Shown piece by piece: positions 56,277 through 64,000 of a stretch of DNA of 64,000 nt. Under the pieces are notes generated by a model. The model was not told where the DNA came from and searched no databases. It saw only the letters and a program-made list of their open reading frames with translations. Position 1 is the first letter of the stretch. Every line of letters begins with the position of its first letter. This DNA comes from a virus (lineage: Duplodnaviria; Caudoviricetes). The stretch spans positions 694-64,693 of IMG/VR virus record IMGVR_UViG_3300005662_000042; one strand, 5' to 3'. The translations under genes and the position numbers were made by a program.

Positions 56277-57291
56277 AAACCCTCAAGAAGAATTTATTGA
56301 TTTATTTCACACAGATCAAGAAAAGTTTTTAAATTTTAGAAAGACTTTGCAGGCCAGATCATTTCTGCTAGGAAATAATAAAAATTTAAACAAAATCTCT
56401 GAAATATATGCTAATAGCAATGTTATTCCTGAAGACATTAAAGATGTTGAGTTTGAGGGAAGATATTCTTTATGCAAACAAAATATAACGGGAGAAAAAA
56501 ATGTAGTAGAGGGTCCAGATTTTTTATATAAATTAAATCAAGATGGGTTCAGAAGCACAGACTTTTTAGAATTTGATAAAAATAAAAATAATATTCTGTT
56601 TGCTGGATGCTCAATAACTTTTGGGCAAGGTTTGCCAGAAGATCTGGTGTGGCCACAAGTTCTGATGAGTAGTTTAGTCTCTCAAAACCCTGAAGAAGAT
56701 TTTGCTTCATATAATATAGGCATACCTGGAGTAGGAATATTTGCAATATATAAAAATATATTGGCATTTATTGAGTCAGTGGGTATTCCAAACAAAATTT
56801 TTGTTTTATTCCCAAATATCTCACGAGGATTTATTTATTCAGATGAAAGATCTGATTTTATTCATTCAGATATGCATAGCAATAAAGATTTAGATTCCAA
56901 TGACTATAAGTATATTAAAGGCTACCAGCATATGGAGCAACTTCTTACTGTAGTAACATTGATAAACTCACTAGAGTATCTATGCCAGTCACTTAATATT
57001 GAACTAATGTGGTCAACGTGGGAGTTTGATGGAAATGCTTTATTTAATGAATTAAATTTTAAAAATTTTGTTACTTTTAAAGAAGATCCGTGGGAAAAGT
57101 ATGTCAGCCCTTTTCAGTTTAATAAAAATAGGGCCAATCGTGAAGCAATATTTAAAAAATATAACAAAAGATCTTTGCCCTACTGGACTAGCGCTAGAGA
57201 TGGACACCCTGGCGCATGCTTTATGCAAAACGTAGCAAATAACTTTTTAAAGGAGATAAGCAATGAAGATATTAATATTTATAAAAAATAA
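56269..57291 (+). CDS. SGNH-like protein (paralog of 51873)
   Basis: YKLNQDGFRSTDF, ILFAGCSITFGQG, YNIGIPG, ARDGHPG. Confidence 0.65.
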   Translation: MPKNPQEEFIDLFHTDQEKFLNFRKTLQARSFLLGNNKNLNKISEIYANSNVIPEDIKDVEFEGRYSLCKQNITGEKNVVEGPDFLYKLNQDGFRSTDFLEFDKNKNNILFAGCSITFGQGLPEDLVWPQVLMSSLVSQNPEEDFASYNIGIPGVGIFAIYKNILAFIESVGIPNKIFVLFPNISRGFIYSDERSDFIHSDMHSNKDLDSNDYKYIKGYQHMEQLLTVVTLINSLEYLCQSLNIELMWSTWEFDGNALFNELNFKNFVTFKEDPWEKYVSPFQFNKNRANREAIFKKYNKRSLPYWTSARDGHPGACFMQNVANNFLKEISNEDINIYKK

Positions 57292-57346
57292 GCTTTTTAA
57301 GCCAAAAAAACCAAAGCATTCAAAAGGATATGACTATACATACTAA
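57263..57346 (+). CDS. 27-aa basic peptide (not in the ORF track)
   Basis: AGGAG RBS; MKILIFIKNKLFKPKKPKHSKGYDYTY*. Confidence 0.45.
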   Translation: MKILIFIKNKLFKPKKPKHSKGYDYTY

Positions 57347-57355
57347 CAATTTTAG

Positions 57356-57384
57356 TTGACTAGTAAAACTAGGATTGGTATAAT
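57356..57384 (+). promoter_or_regulatory. Promoter for hsp20
   Basis: TTGACT-17 nt-TATAAT with TG extension; the -35 lies inside TTTTAGTTGACTAG. Confidence 0.7.
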
Positions 57385-57440
57385 AAGATAGTACCTGCCA
57401 AATGGGGGTACTAATTTAACTCGCTTAAAAGGAGCACACA

Positions 57441-57857
57441 ATGGTAACACAATTTGCTATGGATCTTTTCAAGGATCCATTTTTTATTGGTTTCAACCGA
57501 GAGTTGGAACGATTTAACAGTCTAAGTAAGGTAAACAATACGGCGTTCCCGCCTTATGATTTGCTAAAGTTAGATGAAGACAACTATCAGCTTTCGCTGG
57601 CAGTAGCTGGATTCACCAAGGAAGATTTAACTGTATCAATCGAAGACGGAAGCCTTTGGATCACAGGTGAAATTACATCAGCAACAGATGGAGAAGTTGT
57701 CCATAAAGGAATTGCTGCACGTAAGTTCACAAGAATCTTTGAGCTAAGTGAATATATGGAAGTCTCAAGCGTAGAGCTAAAGGACGGCATGTTAAATATC
57801 CGTGTAGTTAGAAATCTGCCAAAAGAGAAGCAGCCTAAGATCTTAAAGATCAAATAA
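57441..57857 (+). CDS. hsp20: Small heat shock protein (Hsp20/IbpA-like)
   Basis: FPPYDL, AVAGF, HKGIAARKFTRIF, LKDGMLNI. Confidence 0.92.
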   Translation: MVTQFAMDLFKDPFFIGFNRELERFNSLSKVNNTAFPPYDLLKLDEDNYQLSLAVAGFTKEDLTVSIEDGSLWITGEITSATDGEVVHKGIAARKFTRIFELSEYMEVSSVELKDGMLNIRVVRNLPKEKQPKILKIK

Positions 57858-57908
57858 TATTGAGACCTGAGCATGTCCATAAACTGCTCATTAATTTAAA
57901 GGAGAATC

Positions 57909-58316
57909 ATGTTTGAGTATTATGTTAAGAAGGTTACAAAGGTTGTGGACGGAGATACAATTGATGTAGACATTGATCTCGGATTTGATATATCATTTAG
58001 CTCAAGAGTAAGACTTGCTGGTATAGATACACCAGAGAGCAGAACAACAAATAAGATGGAAAAGGCATTAGGCTTAGAGGCAAAAGCTTATCTAAAGCAT
58101 GAAATAGATGCAGCTAAATCTGTAGTAATTAAAACAGAGAAGATGGACAGCTCTGAAAAGTATGGAAGAATTTTAGGGTGGGTATTCTTGGATGGATCAG
58201 ATGTATCTTTAAATGAAAAGATGATTCAAGACGGACATGCGTGGGGATACATGGGAGAAACAAAGATTAAAGACTTTGATGCATTGGCAAAGGCCAGGAA
58301 GAAGAGCGGTAAGTAA
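57909..58316 (+). CDS. Thermonuclease (SNase-like) family nuclease
   Basis: VVDGDT, RVRLAGIDTPE, KYGRILG. Confidence 0.85.
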   Translation: MFEYYVKKVTKVVDGDTIDVDIDLGFDISFSSRVRLAGIDTPESRTTNKMEKALGLEAKAYLKHEIDAAKSVVIKTEKMDSSEKYGRILGWVFLDGSDVSLNEKMIQDGHAWGYMGETKIKDFDALAKARKKSGK

Positions 58317-58504
58317 TGCCAGTATACGAATATAAATGCTCATATGACGAAGCACATGCTTTAATGTCAGTGAACAGATCAATTACAGAAAACGACCCTG
58401 GGTATACATGTGTTGAATGTGAATCGGAAATGATTAGACACTTCACTCCATTCGGAATACAATTTAAAGGTAATGGCTTTTATAAAACAGATAATCCTAA
58501 ATAG
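58316..58504 (+). CDS. FmdB-family zinc-ribbon protein
   Basis: MPVYEYKC...CVEC...FKGNGFYKTD. Confidence 0.85.
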   Translation: MPVYEYKCSYDEAHALMSVNRSITENDPGYTCVECESEMIRHFTPFGIQFKGNGFYKTDNPK

Positions 58505-58556
58505 TTAAAGTGGTATAATTAACTAAGTAAACAAATTGTTTGTTTAGGAGTTATAG

Positions 58557-60659
58557 TTGACTAGGACTAAAGCATGGAGATTATCATTAGCAGCAATTTT
58601 AGGCTTTGGCTGGCTATTCATGACGCCTGCTTACAGCGATGATCCGCTAACTATAGCACAAGAAAGAATTTCTAAATTAAACGAAGATATAAATAATTTA
58701 TCAGACAAAGAGTATACACAAGAATTAATATCAGTAGCTGAAGACAAATACGAGGATGCTGTAGATGCAAAAAATAATAAAACTTCATCAGAAGAGGCAT
58801 ATGATGGAGCAGTAGAAACAGAAGCAGAGTCATTATCTAACCTCAATACAAAAATATCAAACCTTTCCTCAGCCCAGTCCTCAGTAGATGGACAAACAGC
58901 CACAGTTGCTTTAGCTTTAACACACAAAGATGATGCTCAAGAAGCATTGTCCATAGCCAACCTTAATCTTCAAACCACAGAGTCTAATATGCAGGCTGCT
59001 GGAGGAGAAGGGTTAGCATATACTGTTTATCATTTAACAAGAACATTTAACAACGTAGCAGTACCAAGTGGAGTTATTTGTTCTGGTACCTGGAACTCAA
59101 ACCATATGTCCCTGCCAGTTTGTGGTAATAGATATGAAAACTTTATAGTTAAATTTACTGGACAGATAACAGTACCAGATCATTGGACATCAACCTTCTT
59201 TGCAGGATATACAGACGATGGGTTTAGAATGTTTGTTGACGGACAACTTGCATCTAATCAATGGGTAGAGCAGGGAGCACGGTGGAGCCCATATACTCCA
59301 GTCTATGATGTTAGTGAAGATAAAACATTAGATGTAGAAATTTGGTGGTACAACGGTGGAGGTCCAGGGTCTTACCATCTTGGATGGGCTATTCCTGGAG
59401 GATGGACTGGGGCAGGCTGTGATTACACTGGTGGTTGGGGAGTAGACTTTAGTTGTAATCTTGGAACATTTTCTTCTGGCCCAGGCGCAACACAAGAGCA
59501 GATAAATGATTATAACCAAGCCCTTGCAGCAAGAACATCTGCCTTGGCAGTTTATAACGATAAGTTATCTATTTACAATCAAGAGGTTGCAACACTGAAT
59601 GAGTTACAAGATGATTTAGAGCAAGCGCAGGATCAAAAAGATCAAGCAGAAACCACATATGAAATTGCAGAACTAAACACTGCTCTAACATTAGCAGCAA
59701 AAGATTTAGCAATTGAAAACTACAACAATGCAATTGAAGATATGAATGATGCTATTACTGCTGCTGAAGAAGAGTATGCTGCTCAATGGGACTTTGAAGA
59801 GAAGCAGAGAATTAATGCTGCTATTGCTACTGCCCTTGCGAATATGCCACAGCCAGAACCAACACCAGAGGTTACAGTTGAACCTACCCCAGAACCTTCT
59901 CCAGAACCATCAACAGAGCCAACTGAAGAGCCTACTGAAGAACCTACGCCAGAGCCTTCTCCAGAGCCTACAGAAGGGCCTACAGAAGATCCTAAGCCAG
60001 AACCAACTGATGAGCCTACCCCAGAACCAGAACCAACAGATGAGCCAGTCGTAGACCCAACAGAAGAGCCAACTCCTGAACCACAACCAGAACCAACCCC
60101 AGAACCAGAACCAACAGATGAGCCTGAAATAGAAGATGAAGAGTTGGCTGAACTCATTCCTGAAAAGGGAACTGGAACTGCAGAAGACTTGTCTGGAGTT
60201 ATTGCTAACCTAACAAGTAAGGACAATAAGTTAGTTACACTTTCTCCTGAACAGGTAGCAGCAGTTAGCCAAACTCTTAAGTCTTTGACACAAGAAGCAA
60301 AGGTGGAAATTGCTGGAGATCTTGGTATTAAGGCATCAGAGGTTGCACAGATTGCCGAGCAGATGAAGGACAACCCAGCGCTTGCTTCAGCATTTGTTGA
60401 GTTTTCAGAAAGATCAGAGGCGGCAGGAGATACCCCAATGCCGTTTACATTAGCAGACGCAGTAACAGAGGTACAGACAGAGGAATTTCTAGCAGACCCC
60501 CTTGGAGTATTGCTAGACATAGATTTTTCTAAAGTCCTGAACCCTTCCGAATGGGGTAAGGACATGACGGACGATCAAAGAGAAAAGGCACAGGAGGTTG
60601 TGGTGCCAGTAATTATCGCATCAAATATTATTGCAGCAGCAATGACTAGGAGGATATAA
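58557..60659 (+). CDS. Secreted/membrane-anchored PA14-domain protein with coiled coil and Pro/Glu/Thr stalk
   Basis: TTG start with signal peptide; PA14-like KFTGQI...TDDGFRMFVDG...EIWWYNGGG; EPT repeats; hydrophobic C-terminus. Confidence 0.7.
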   Translation: MTRTKAWRLSLAAILGFGWLFMTPAYSDDPLTIAQERISKLNEDINNLSDKEYTQELISVAEDKYEDAVDAKNNKTSSEEAYDGAVETEAESLSNLNTKISNLSSAQSSVDGQTATVALALTHKDDAQEALSIANLNLQTTESNMQAAGGEGLAYTVYHLTRTFNNVAVPSGVICSGTWNSNHMSLPVCGNRYENFIVKFTGQITVPDHWTSTFFAGYTDDGFRMFVDGQLASNQWVEQGARWSPYTPVYDVSEDKTLDVEIWWYNGGGPGSYHLGWAIPGGWTGAGCDYTGGWGVDFSCNLGTFSSGPGATQEQINDYNQALAARTSALAVYNDKLSIYNQEVATLNELQDDLEQAQDQKDQAETTYEIAELNTALTLAAKDLAIENYNNAIEDMNDAITAAEEEYAAQWDFEEKQRINAAIATALANMPQPEPTPEVTVEPTPEPSPEPSTEPTEEPTEEPTPEPSPEPTEGPTEDPKPEPTDEPTPEPEPTDEPVVDPTEEPTPEPQPEPTPEPEPTDEPEIEDEELAELIPEKGTGTAEDLSGVIANLTSKDNKLVTLSPEQVAAVSQTLKSLTQEAKVEIAGDLGIKASEVAQIAEQMKDNPALASAFVEFSERSEAAGDTPMPFTLADAVTEVQTEEFLADPLGVLLDIDFSKVLNPSEWGKDMTDDQREKAQEVVVPVIIASNIIAAAMTRRI
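59850..60135 (+). repeat. Low-complexity (E/P/T) tandem repeats
   Basis: PEPTPE/EPTEEPT units; in-frame coding repeat. Confidence 0.9.
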
Positions 60660-60853
60660 TGAAAATAATCAAAGCCATATTTAAATATATTTGGGAAGTT
60701 ATAAAAGAGAGCATAGCTCAGGTATTTACCCTTTTGGGGTTCTTTATTGCCTGGCTGACACTTACTGGGTCAGCCCAGCAAGTGGTCGGGGTAGCTACAG
60801 TAATTGCTACAGCTATCTGGTTACTTACAATACCACTTCGAAAAGAAGAGTAA
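60659..60853 (+). CDS. Small two-TM membrane protein (holin-like)
   Basis: Two hydrophobic segments; upstream of the endolysin. Confidence 0.5.
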   Translation: MKIIKAIFKYIWEVIKESIAQVFTLLGFFIAWLTLTGSAQQVVGVATVIATAIWLLTIPLRKEE

Positions 60854-60870
60854 TAGTGTATAATTGTACT

Positions 60871-61086
60871 ATGAGGAAAATAATTTCTATTGCCGTAGCT
60901 GGCCTATTAATGGTATCATTAACTGCATGCGATTCTTTAAATAGGTATCGCTATCCTTGCCAAGACCCTAAGAATTGGGAAACTGCAGAATGTACTCCTC
61001 CAGAATGTGAAGCCTCACAGACTTGCACAAAAGATGTAATAAAAGTTACACCTACTACACCAGAACAGGAAATAACAAATGGCTAA
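60871..61086 (+). CDS. Cys-rich lipoprotein
   Basis: MRKIISIAVAGLLMVSLTA-C lipobox; four further Cys. Confidence 0.65.
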   Translation: MRKIISIAVAGLLMVSLTACDSLNRYRYPCQDPKNWETAECTPPECEASQTCTKDVIKVTPTTPEQEITNG

Positions 61087-61486
61087 ACAAAAACTAACGC
61101 CTGCCGACTTAGATGCCCGCTTGAAGTTTATTCTAGGAATAACACTTGGTAGCATTCTTTTTATGACAGCGCTTGGAATTATTTATGGCTTGCTTTTTGT
61201 AACACAGCCAATCGGAGCTCAGTCAGAAAATGACAAAATGTTCTTCAATGTGCTAGGCAGCATTGCAACATTTATTACAGGAACACTTGCTGGAATATTG
61301 ATTGGCAACTCTGGAGCCAAAGACATCATGGCAGCCCAGATAGCAAATAAAGAAGTAGATGCAAAGAATACACAGGCAGATAAAAAGCTCGAAGCAGAAA
61401 TTGATGCTACTGCAGCACGACTAGCAGCAAAGCCAGATGGGGCAATGCCAGAAGAGCAACCAGTAGATTTAGATTGGGACAAATAA
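61079..61486 (+). CDS. Two-TM membrane protein (holin/lysis accessory)
   Basis: Two TM helices; directly precedes the CHAP gene. Confidence 0.55.
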   Translation: MAKQKLTPADLDARLKFILGITLGSILFMTALGIIYGLLFVTQPIGAQSENDKMFFNVLGSIATFITGTLAGILIGNSGAKDIMAAQIANKEVDAKNTQADKKLEAEIDATAARLAAKPDGAMPEEQPVDLDWDK

Positions 61487-61488
61487 AA

Positions 61489-62067
61489 ATGGCAGATCAA
61501 GGTACAGCAGCACGTTTAATTGAAGTTGCTACAGCAGAACTAGGAACTATTGAAGGTCCTAAAGATAACGAAACAAAGTATGGTGCTTACACAAAAGCTA
61601 ACTTCCAACCATGGTGCGGAAGTTTTGTTAACTGGTGCGGTAACGAGGCAGGAGTAAAGATTCCTAATACTGTTTACACCCCAGGTGGCGCTGCAGCATT
61701 TAAGAAAGCGGGGGCATGGATTGACGGAGACATTGCAGATCCAGAGCCAGGAGATATCGCCTATTTTGATTTCCCTTCAGACGGTGTTGATAGAATTTCT
61801 CATGTTGGAATTGTTATCAAGGATAACGAAGACGGAACTGTATGGTGTATAGAAGGAAACACTAGCCCAGATAAAAAGGGAAGCCAAAGAAATGGCGGAC
61901 AGGTTTCAAAGAAGCTCCGTGCATTTAAAAAGAATAAAGCTGGAGAAATGATTTCTATAGTAGGTTTTGGCCGCCCAAAGTTTGGCACAGTCTCTAAAGT
62001 TGTAGATAAGCCAGCGGCAAAAACTACATCATCTAAACCAAAGAAGTGTCCTACTTGCGGTAAATGA
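61489..62067 (+). CDS. CHAP-domain endolysin
   Basis: QPWCGSFV (Cys), SHVGIV (His), IEGNT. Confidence 0.85.
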   Translation: MADQGTAARLIEVATAELGTIEGPKDNETKYGAYTKANFQPWCGSFVNWCGNEAGVKIPNTVYTPGGAAAFKKAGAWIDGDIADPEPGDIAYFDFPSDGVDRISHVGIVIKDNEDGTVWCIEGNTSPDKKGSQRNGGQVSKKLRAFKKNKAGEMISIVGFGRPKFGTVSKVVDKPAAKTTSSKPKKCPTCGK

Positions 62068-62207
62068 AAAAATATTCAATTAAGATAGAAATCGATGCAG
62101 TAGTAGAGGCATTTAGCCCTGAAGATGCAAAAGAATATGTCAGTGATATATTTGGAACTGATGAAGAAATTATCTCAGTAAAAATTAAAAAAATAGAAGA
62201 AAAATAA
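62064..62207 (+). CDS. 47-aa hypothetical protein (not in the ORF track)
   Basis: MKKYSIKIEIDAVVEAFSPEDAKEYVSDIFGTDEEIISVKIKKIEEK*; ATGA overlap. Confidence 0.6.
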   Translation: MKKYSIKIEIDAVVEAFSPEDAKEYVSDIFGTDEEIISVKIKKIEEK

Positions 62208-62223
62208 TATATTGTCTTTTGTA

Positions 62224-62253
62224 TTGACAAGCCCTAAGTAACACCTGTATAAT
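62224..62253 (+). promoter_or_regulatory. Promoter for the whiB operon
   Basis: TTGACA-18 nt-TATAAT. Confidence 0.6.
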
Positions 62254-62286
62254 AACATATAGGTTCAAAATAGATAAACAGGAAAA

Positions 62287-62520
62287 ATGTTACATCTTTA
62301 TGAAAATGGAATAGAGCTTTTAAGAAAAAAAGCTAATGGTAAAAATTTAGACATTTATTGGAACAATTATGATTTGATTGTTTGGAATAAAGACGATGGC
62401 GGGTTCTTTAGCACCAGCGGTGCTTATAGAAATAATAGCTGGGGAATCAAAAAAGAATTCTCAGTAAATGAAAAAGGAACATGGGCCCTGCCAGGTAAGT
62501 ATGTCAAATATTTTAGATAA
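62287..62520 (+). CDS. Hypothetical protein
   Basis: 77 aa; AGGA RBS. Confidence 0.6.
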   Translation: MLHLYENGIELLRKKANGKNLDIYWNNYDLIVWNKDDGGFFSTSGAYRNNSWGIKKEFSVNEKGTWALPGKYVKYFR

Positions 62521-62797
62521 CTACAGATACGATGAAAATGATATAGAGTGGCAAGATTTAGCGGCATGTTTAGGAATGGACACGCTACTATTTTTTGAAA
62601 AATATGAGTCAGATATCCAGATTGCAAAAGCTGTAGATCAATGCTGCCTTTCATGCCCAGTAAGAAAGATGTGCTACCAGGCTGGTATAGATAATACTGA
62701 GTACGGTGTTTGGGGCGGAGTATACTTAACTCTAGGAAAAGCTGATAAGATGAAGAATGAGCACAAAACAAAAGAAATTTGGAAGAAGATAAAATGA
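62501..62797 (+). CDS. whiB: WhiB-family Fe-S transcription factor
   Basis: WQDLAAC...C..C.....C and GVWGG. Confidence 0.9.
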   Translation: MSNILDNYRYDENDIEWQDLAACLGMDTLLFFEKYESDIQIAKAVDQCCLSCPVRKMCYQAGIDNTEYGVWGGVYLTLGKADKMKNEHKTKEIWKKIK

Positions 62798-63102
62798 TAT
62801 TTATAAATAAAGACAAAGATCACTTTAAGTATGGAATAAATCAATGGACTGGTGAGCCGAACAAGCCAGTGTTTTATAATGCAGAAATGAAAAAAAGATT
62901 AAGGGAATTGCCAAAGCCTATGTTCCTACTTATGGATGTAGTCCAATACCCAGAATTCTTGGCATTACGTTTATATGAAGATAATTTTATTCAATTTGAT
63001 GGAATAGAAAAAGAAAAAGTAATTGATTATGTAACAAAAGCAAAAAAACTACTTGAGTCTTACGGTGTTCGAGTAGAACTAGAAGGGAAGCCAGCATCTT
63101 GA
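62794..63102 (+). CDS. Hypothetical protein
   Basis: About 102 aa; ATGA overlap with whiB. Confidence 0.6.
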   Translation: MIFINKDKDHFKYGINQWTGEPNKPVFYNAEMKKRLRELPKPMFLLMDVVQYPEFLALRLYEDNFIQFDGIEKEKVIDYVTKAKKLLESYGVRVELEGKPAS

Positions 63103-63338
63103 ACGAAAAAATATTTTGTTACTCATGTAACAAAACAAAGAATAAGCTAAATTTGAAGAAATCATCTTTATTAAATATAAATCTATTCTTGTGTCAAACA
63201 TGCATAGATGAAAAGTTTGAGCCTAGATGGGTTGTACTTATTGCTGGAAGACAAAATGGGCATGAACATGTCAAAGATTTTATACAAAAGAAGCGATATG
63301 TAGGTACAGAAATATTAGCATCTGAGCTTCTAACTTAG
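63099..63338 (+). CDS. Zinc-binding hypothetical protein
   Basis: CYSC...CQTC; TTG start. Confidence 0.55.
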   Translation: MNEKIFCYSCNKTKNKLNLKKSSLLNINLFLCQTCIDEKFEPRWVVLIAGRQNGHEHVKDFIQKKRYVGTEILASELLT

Positions 63339-63367
63339 ATTAAATATACTGTATAATATGATATATA

Positions 63368-63682
63368 ATGGAAATATCATATCTAACAATACTAATATCA
63401 ATATTAGCAGCGACCCTCAGCGGATTTGGAACTGCAATAATTGCTGGAGTTAGAGACGCTAAAAAAGAAAGAAATAGGCGGGAAGAAAAAGAAAAAGACC
63501 AGCTTAGATTAGATATAAAAGACCTTAAAATAGAGCTATATCAGTTAGAAAAAGAATTAACTGAATGGAAAGATAAATATTATAAGGCAATACAGGACCT
63601 AATTGAAATGAGATCTGAATTAGATAGTGTTATGAGCCAGCTAAATCACATGGAATATCATGAGATGCTGGACACAGAATAA
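63368..63682 (+). CDS. Membrane-anchored coiled-coil protein
   Basis: N-terminal TM followed by heptad repeats. Confidence 0.65.
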   Translation: MEISYLTILISILAATLSGFGTAIIAGVRDAKKERNRREEKEKDQLRLDIKDLKIELYQLEKELTEWKDKYYKAIQDLIEMRSELDSVMSQLNHMEYHEMLDTE

Positions 63683-63703
63683 TTAAAATAGTACAATAAA
63701 TAC

Positions 63704-64000
63704 ATGACTTGTATTGTTGCTATTGCCCAGGGTGGTGTCGTTTATATGGCATCAGATCATGCTGCCTCAGACGATAAAACTGGTTGGATCCTGTCAAGAA
63801 AAGAACCAAAGTGTTTTAAAGTTGGTCAGTATGCTATTGCATTTACAGATTCATTTCGCATGGGGCAAATTCTTCAGTATATGTGGACTCCACCAAAATA
63901 CACACCAACAAAAACTAATTCTGGATTAGATAAGTTTATGAGAACTAAGTTTGTTGATTCTGTTAAGGCTGCATTTAAAGAGCATGGATACGGAAGCATT
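63704..64000 (+). CDS. Ntn-hydrolase (HslV/proteasome beta-like), truncated by the window end
   Basis: MTCIVAIAQGGVVYMASDHAASD...KCFKVG: Thr at position 2, downstream D and K as in proteasome-type subunits. Confidence 0.65.
   Translation, partial: MTCIVAIAQGGVVYMASDHAASDDKTGWILSRKEPKCFKVGQYAIAFTDSFRMGQILQYMWTPPKYTPTKTNSGLDKFMRTKFVDSVKAAFKEHGYGSI

Noticed and set aside
57340-57440. HspR (HAIR) or HrcA (CIRCE) operator upstream of hsp20
   Set aside because: Neither CTTGAGT-N7-ACTCAAG nor TTAGCACTC-N9-GAGTGCTAA is present.
59850-60135. Tandem repeats as a possible CRISPR array
   Set aside because: Repeats are in-frame, degenerate at third codon positions and have no unique spacers.
59783-60565. 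260-aa minus-strand Gly/Ser/Val-repeat ORF
   Set aside because: Reverse-complement shadow of the EPT repeat in the PA14 protein.
1417-62816. The many minus-strand ORFs in the track (60-260 aa)
   Set aside because: All overlap well-supported + strand genes, lack recognisable motifs or RBSs, and look like antisense shadows.
1-64000. Stop-codon reassignment
   Set aside because: Genes are intact and tightly packed under the standard code, use TAA, TGA and TAG as stops, and no suppressor tRNA is present.

Overview
A 64 kb, AT-rich segment of a large tailed (siphovirus-like) dsDNA phage, with every credible gene on the + strand. WhiB, a DnaE-type polymerase, RecA, DnaB/DnaG, an FmdB-type zinc ribbon and Hsp20 together point to an actinobacterial host, probably a freshwater one (inference). 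Gene order: 3' end of the major capsid gene; head-tail joining genes; major tail protein; tail assembly chaperone with a -1 frameshift; a 3791-aa tape measure protein (TMP); Dit/hub/fibre genes; a replication and recombination module; terminase; an accessory block of modification enzymes; six tRNAs; Hsp20, a nuclease and a PA14 surface protein; a lysis cassette; whiB; and a truncated Ntn-hydrolase gene. The most striking observation is the TMP. It appears to carry an atypical kinase-like domain, two HExxH zinc metallopeptidase domains, a GNAT acetyltransferase and an unassigned His-rich domain, each bracketed by a recurring [FYLM]-x-x-G-G motif, which suggests a cassette-built payload injected with the DNA. 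Second is a dispersed decoration toolkit: two GT60-like GlcNAc transferases, a prolyl-hydroxylase-like oxygenase, an APS kinase fused to a nucleotidyltransferase, a sulfotransferase-like protein, a NodU-type carbamoyltransferase and four SGNH-like proteins. Plausible substrates are a Thr-rich, Cys-rich tail fibre and a Pro/Thr-rich surface protein. All family assignments come from reading motifs by eye; no database searches were run.
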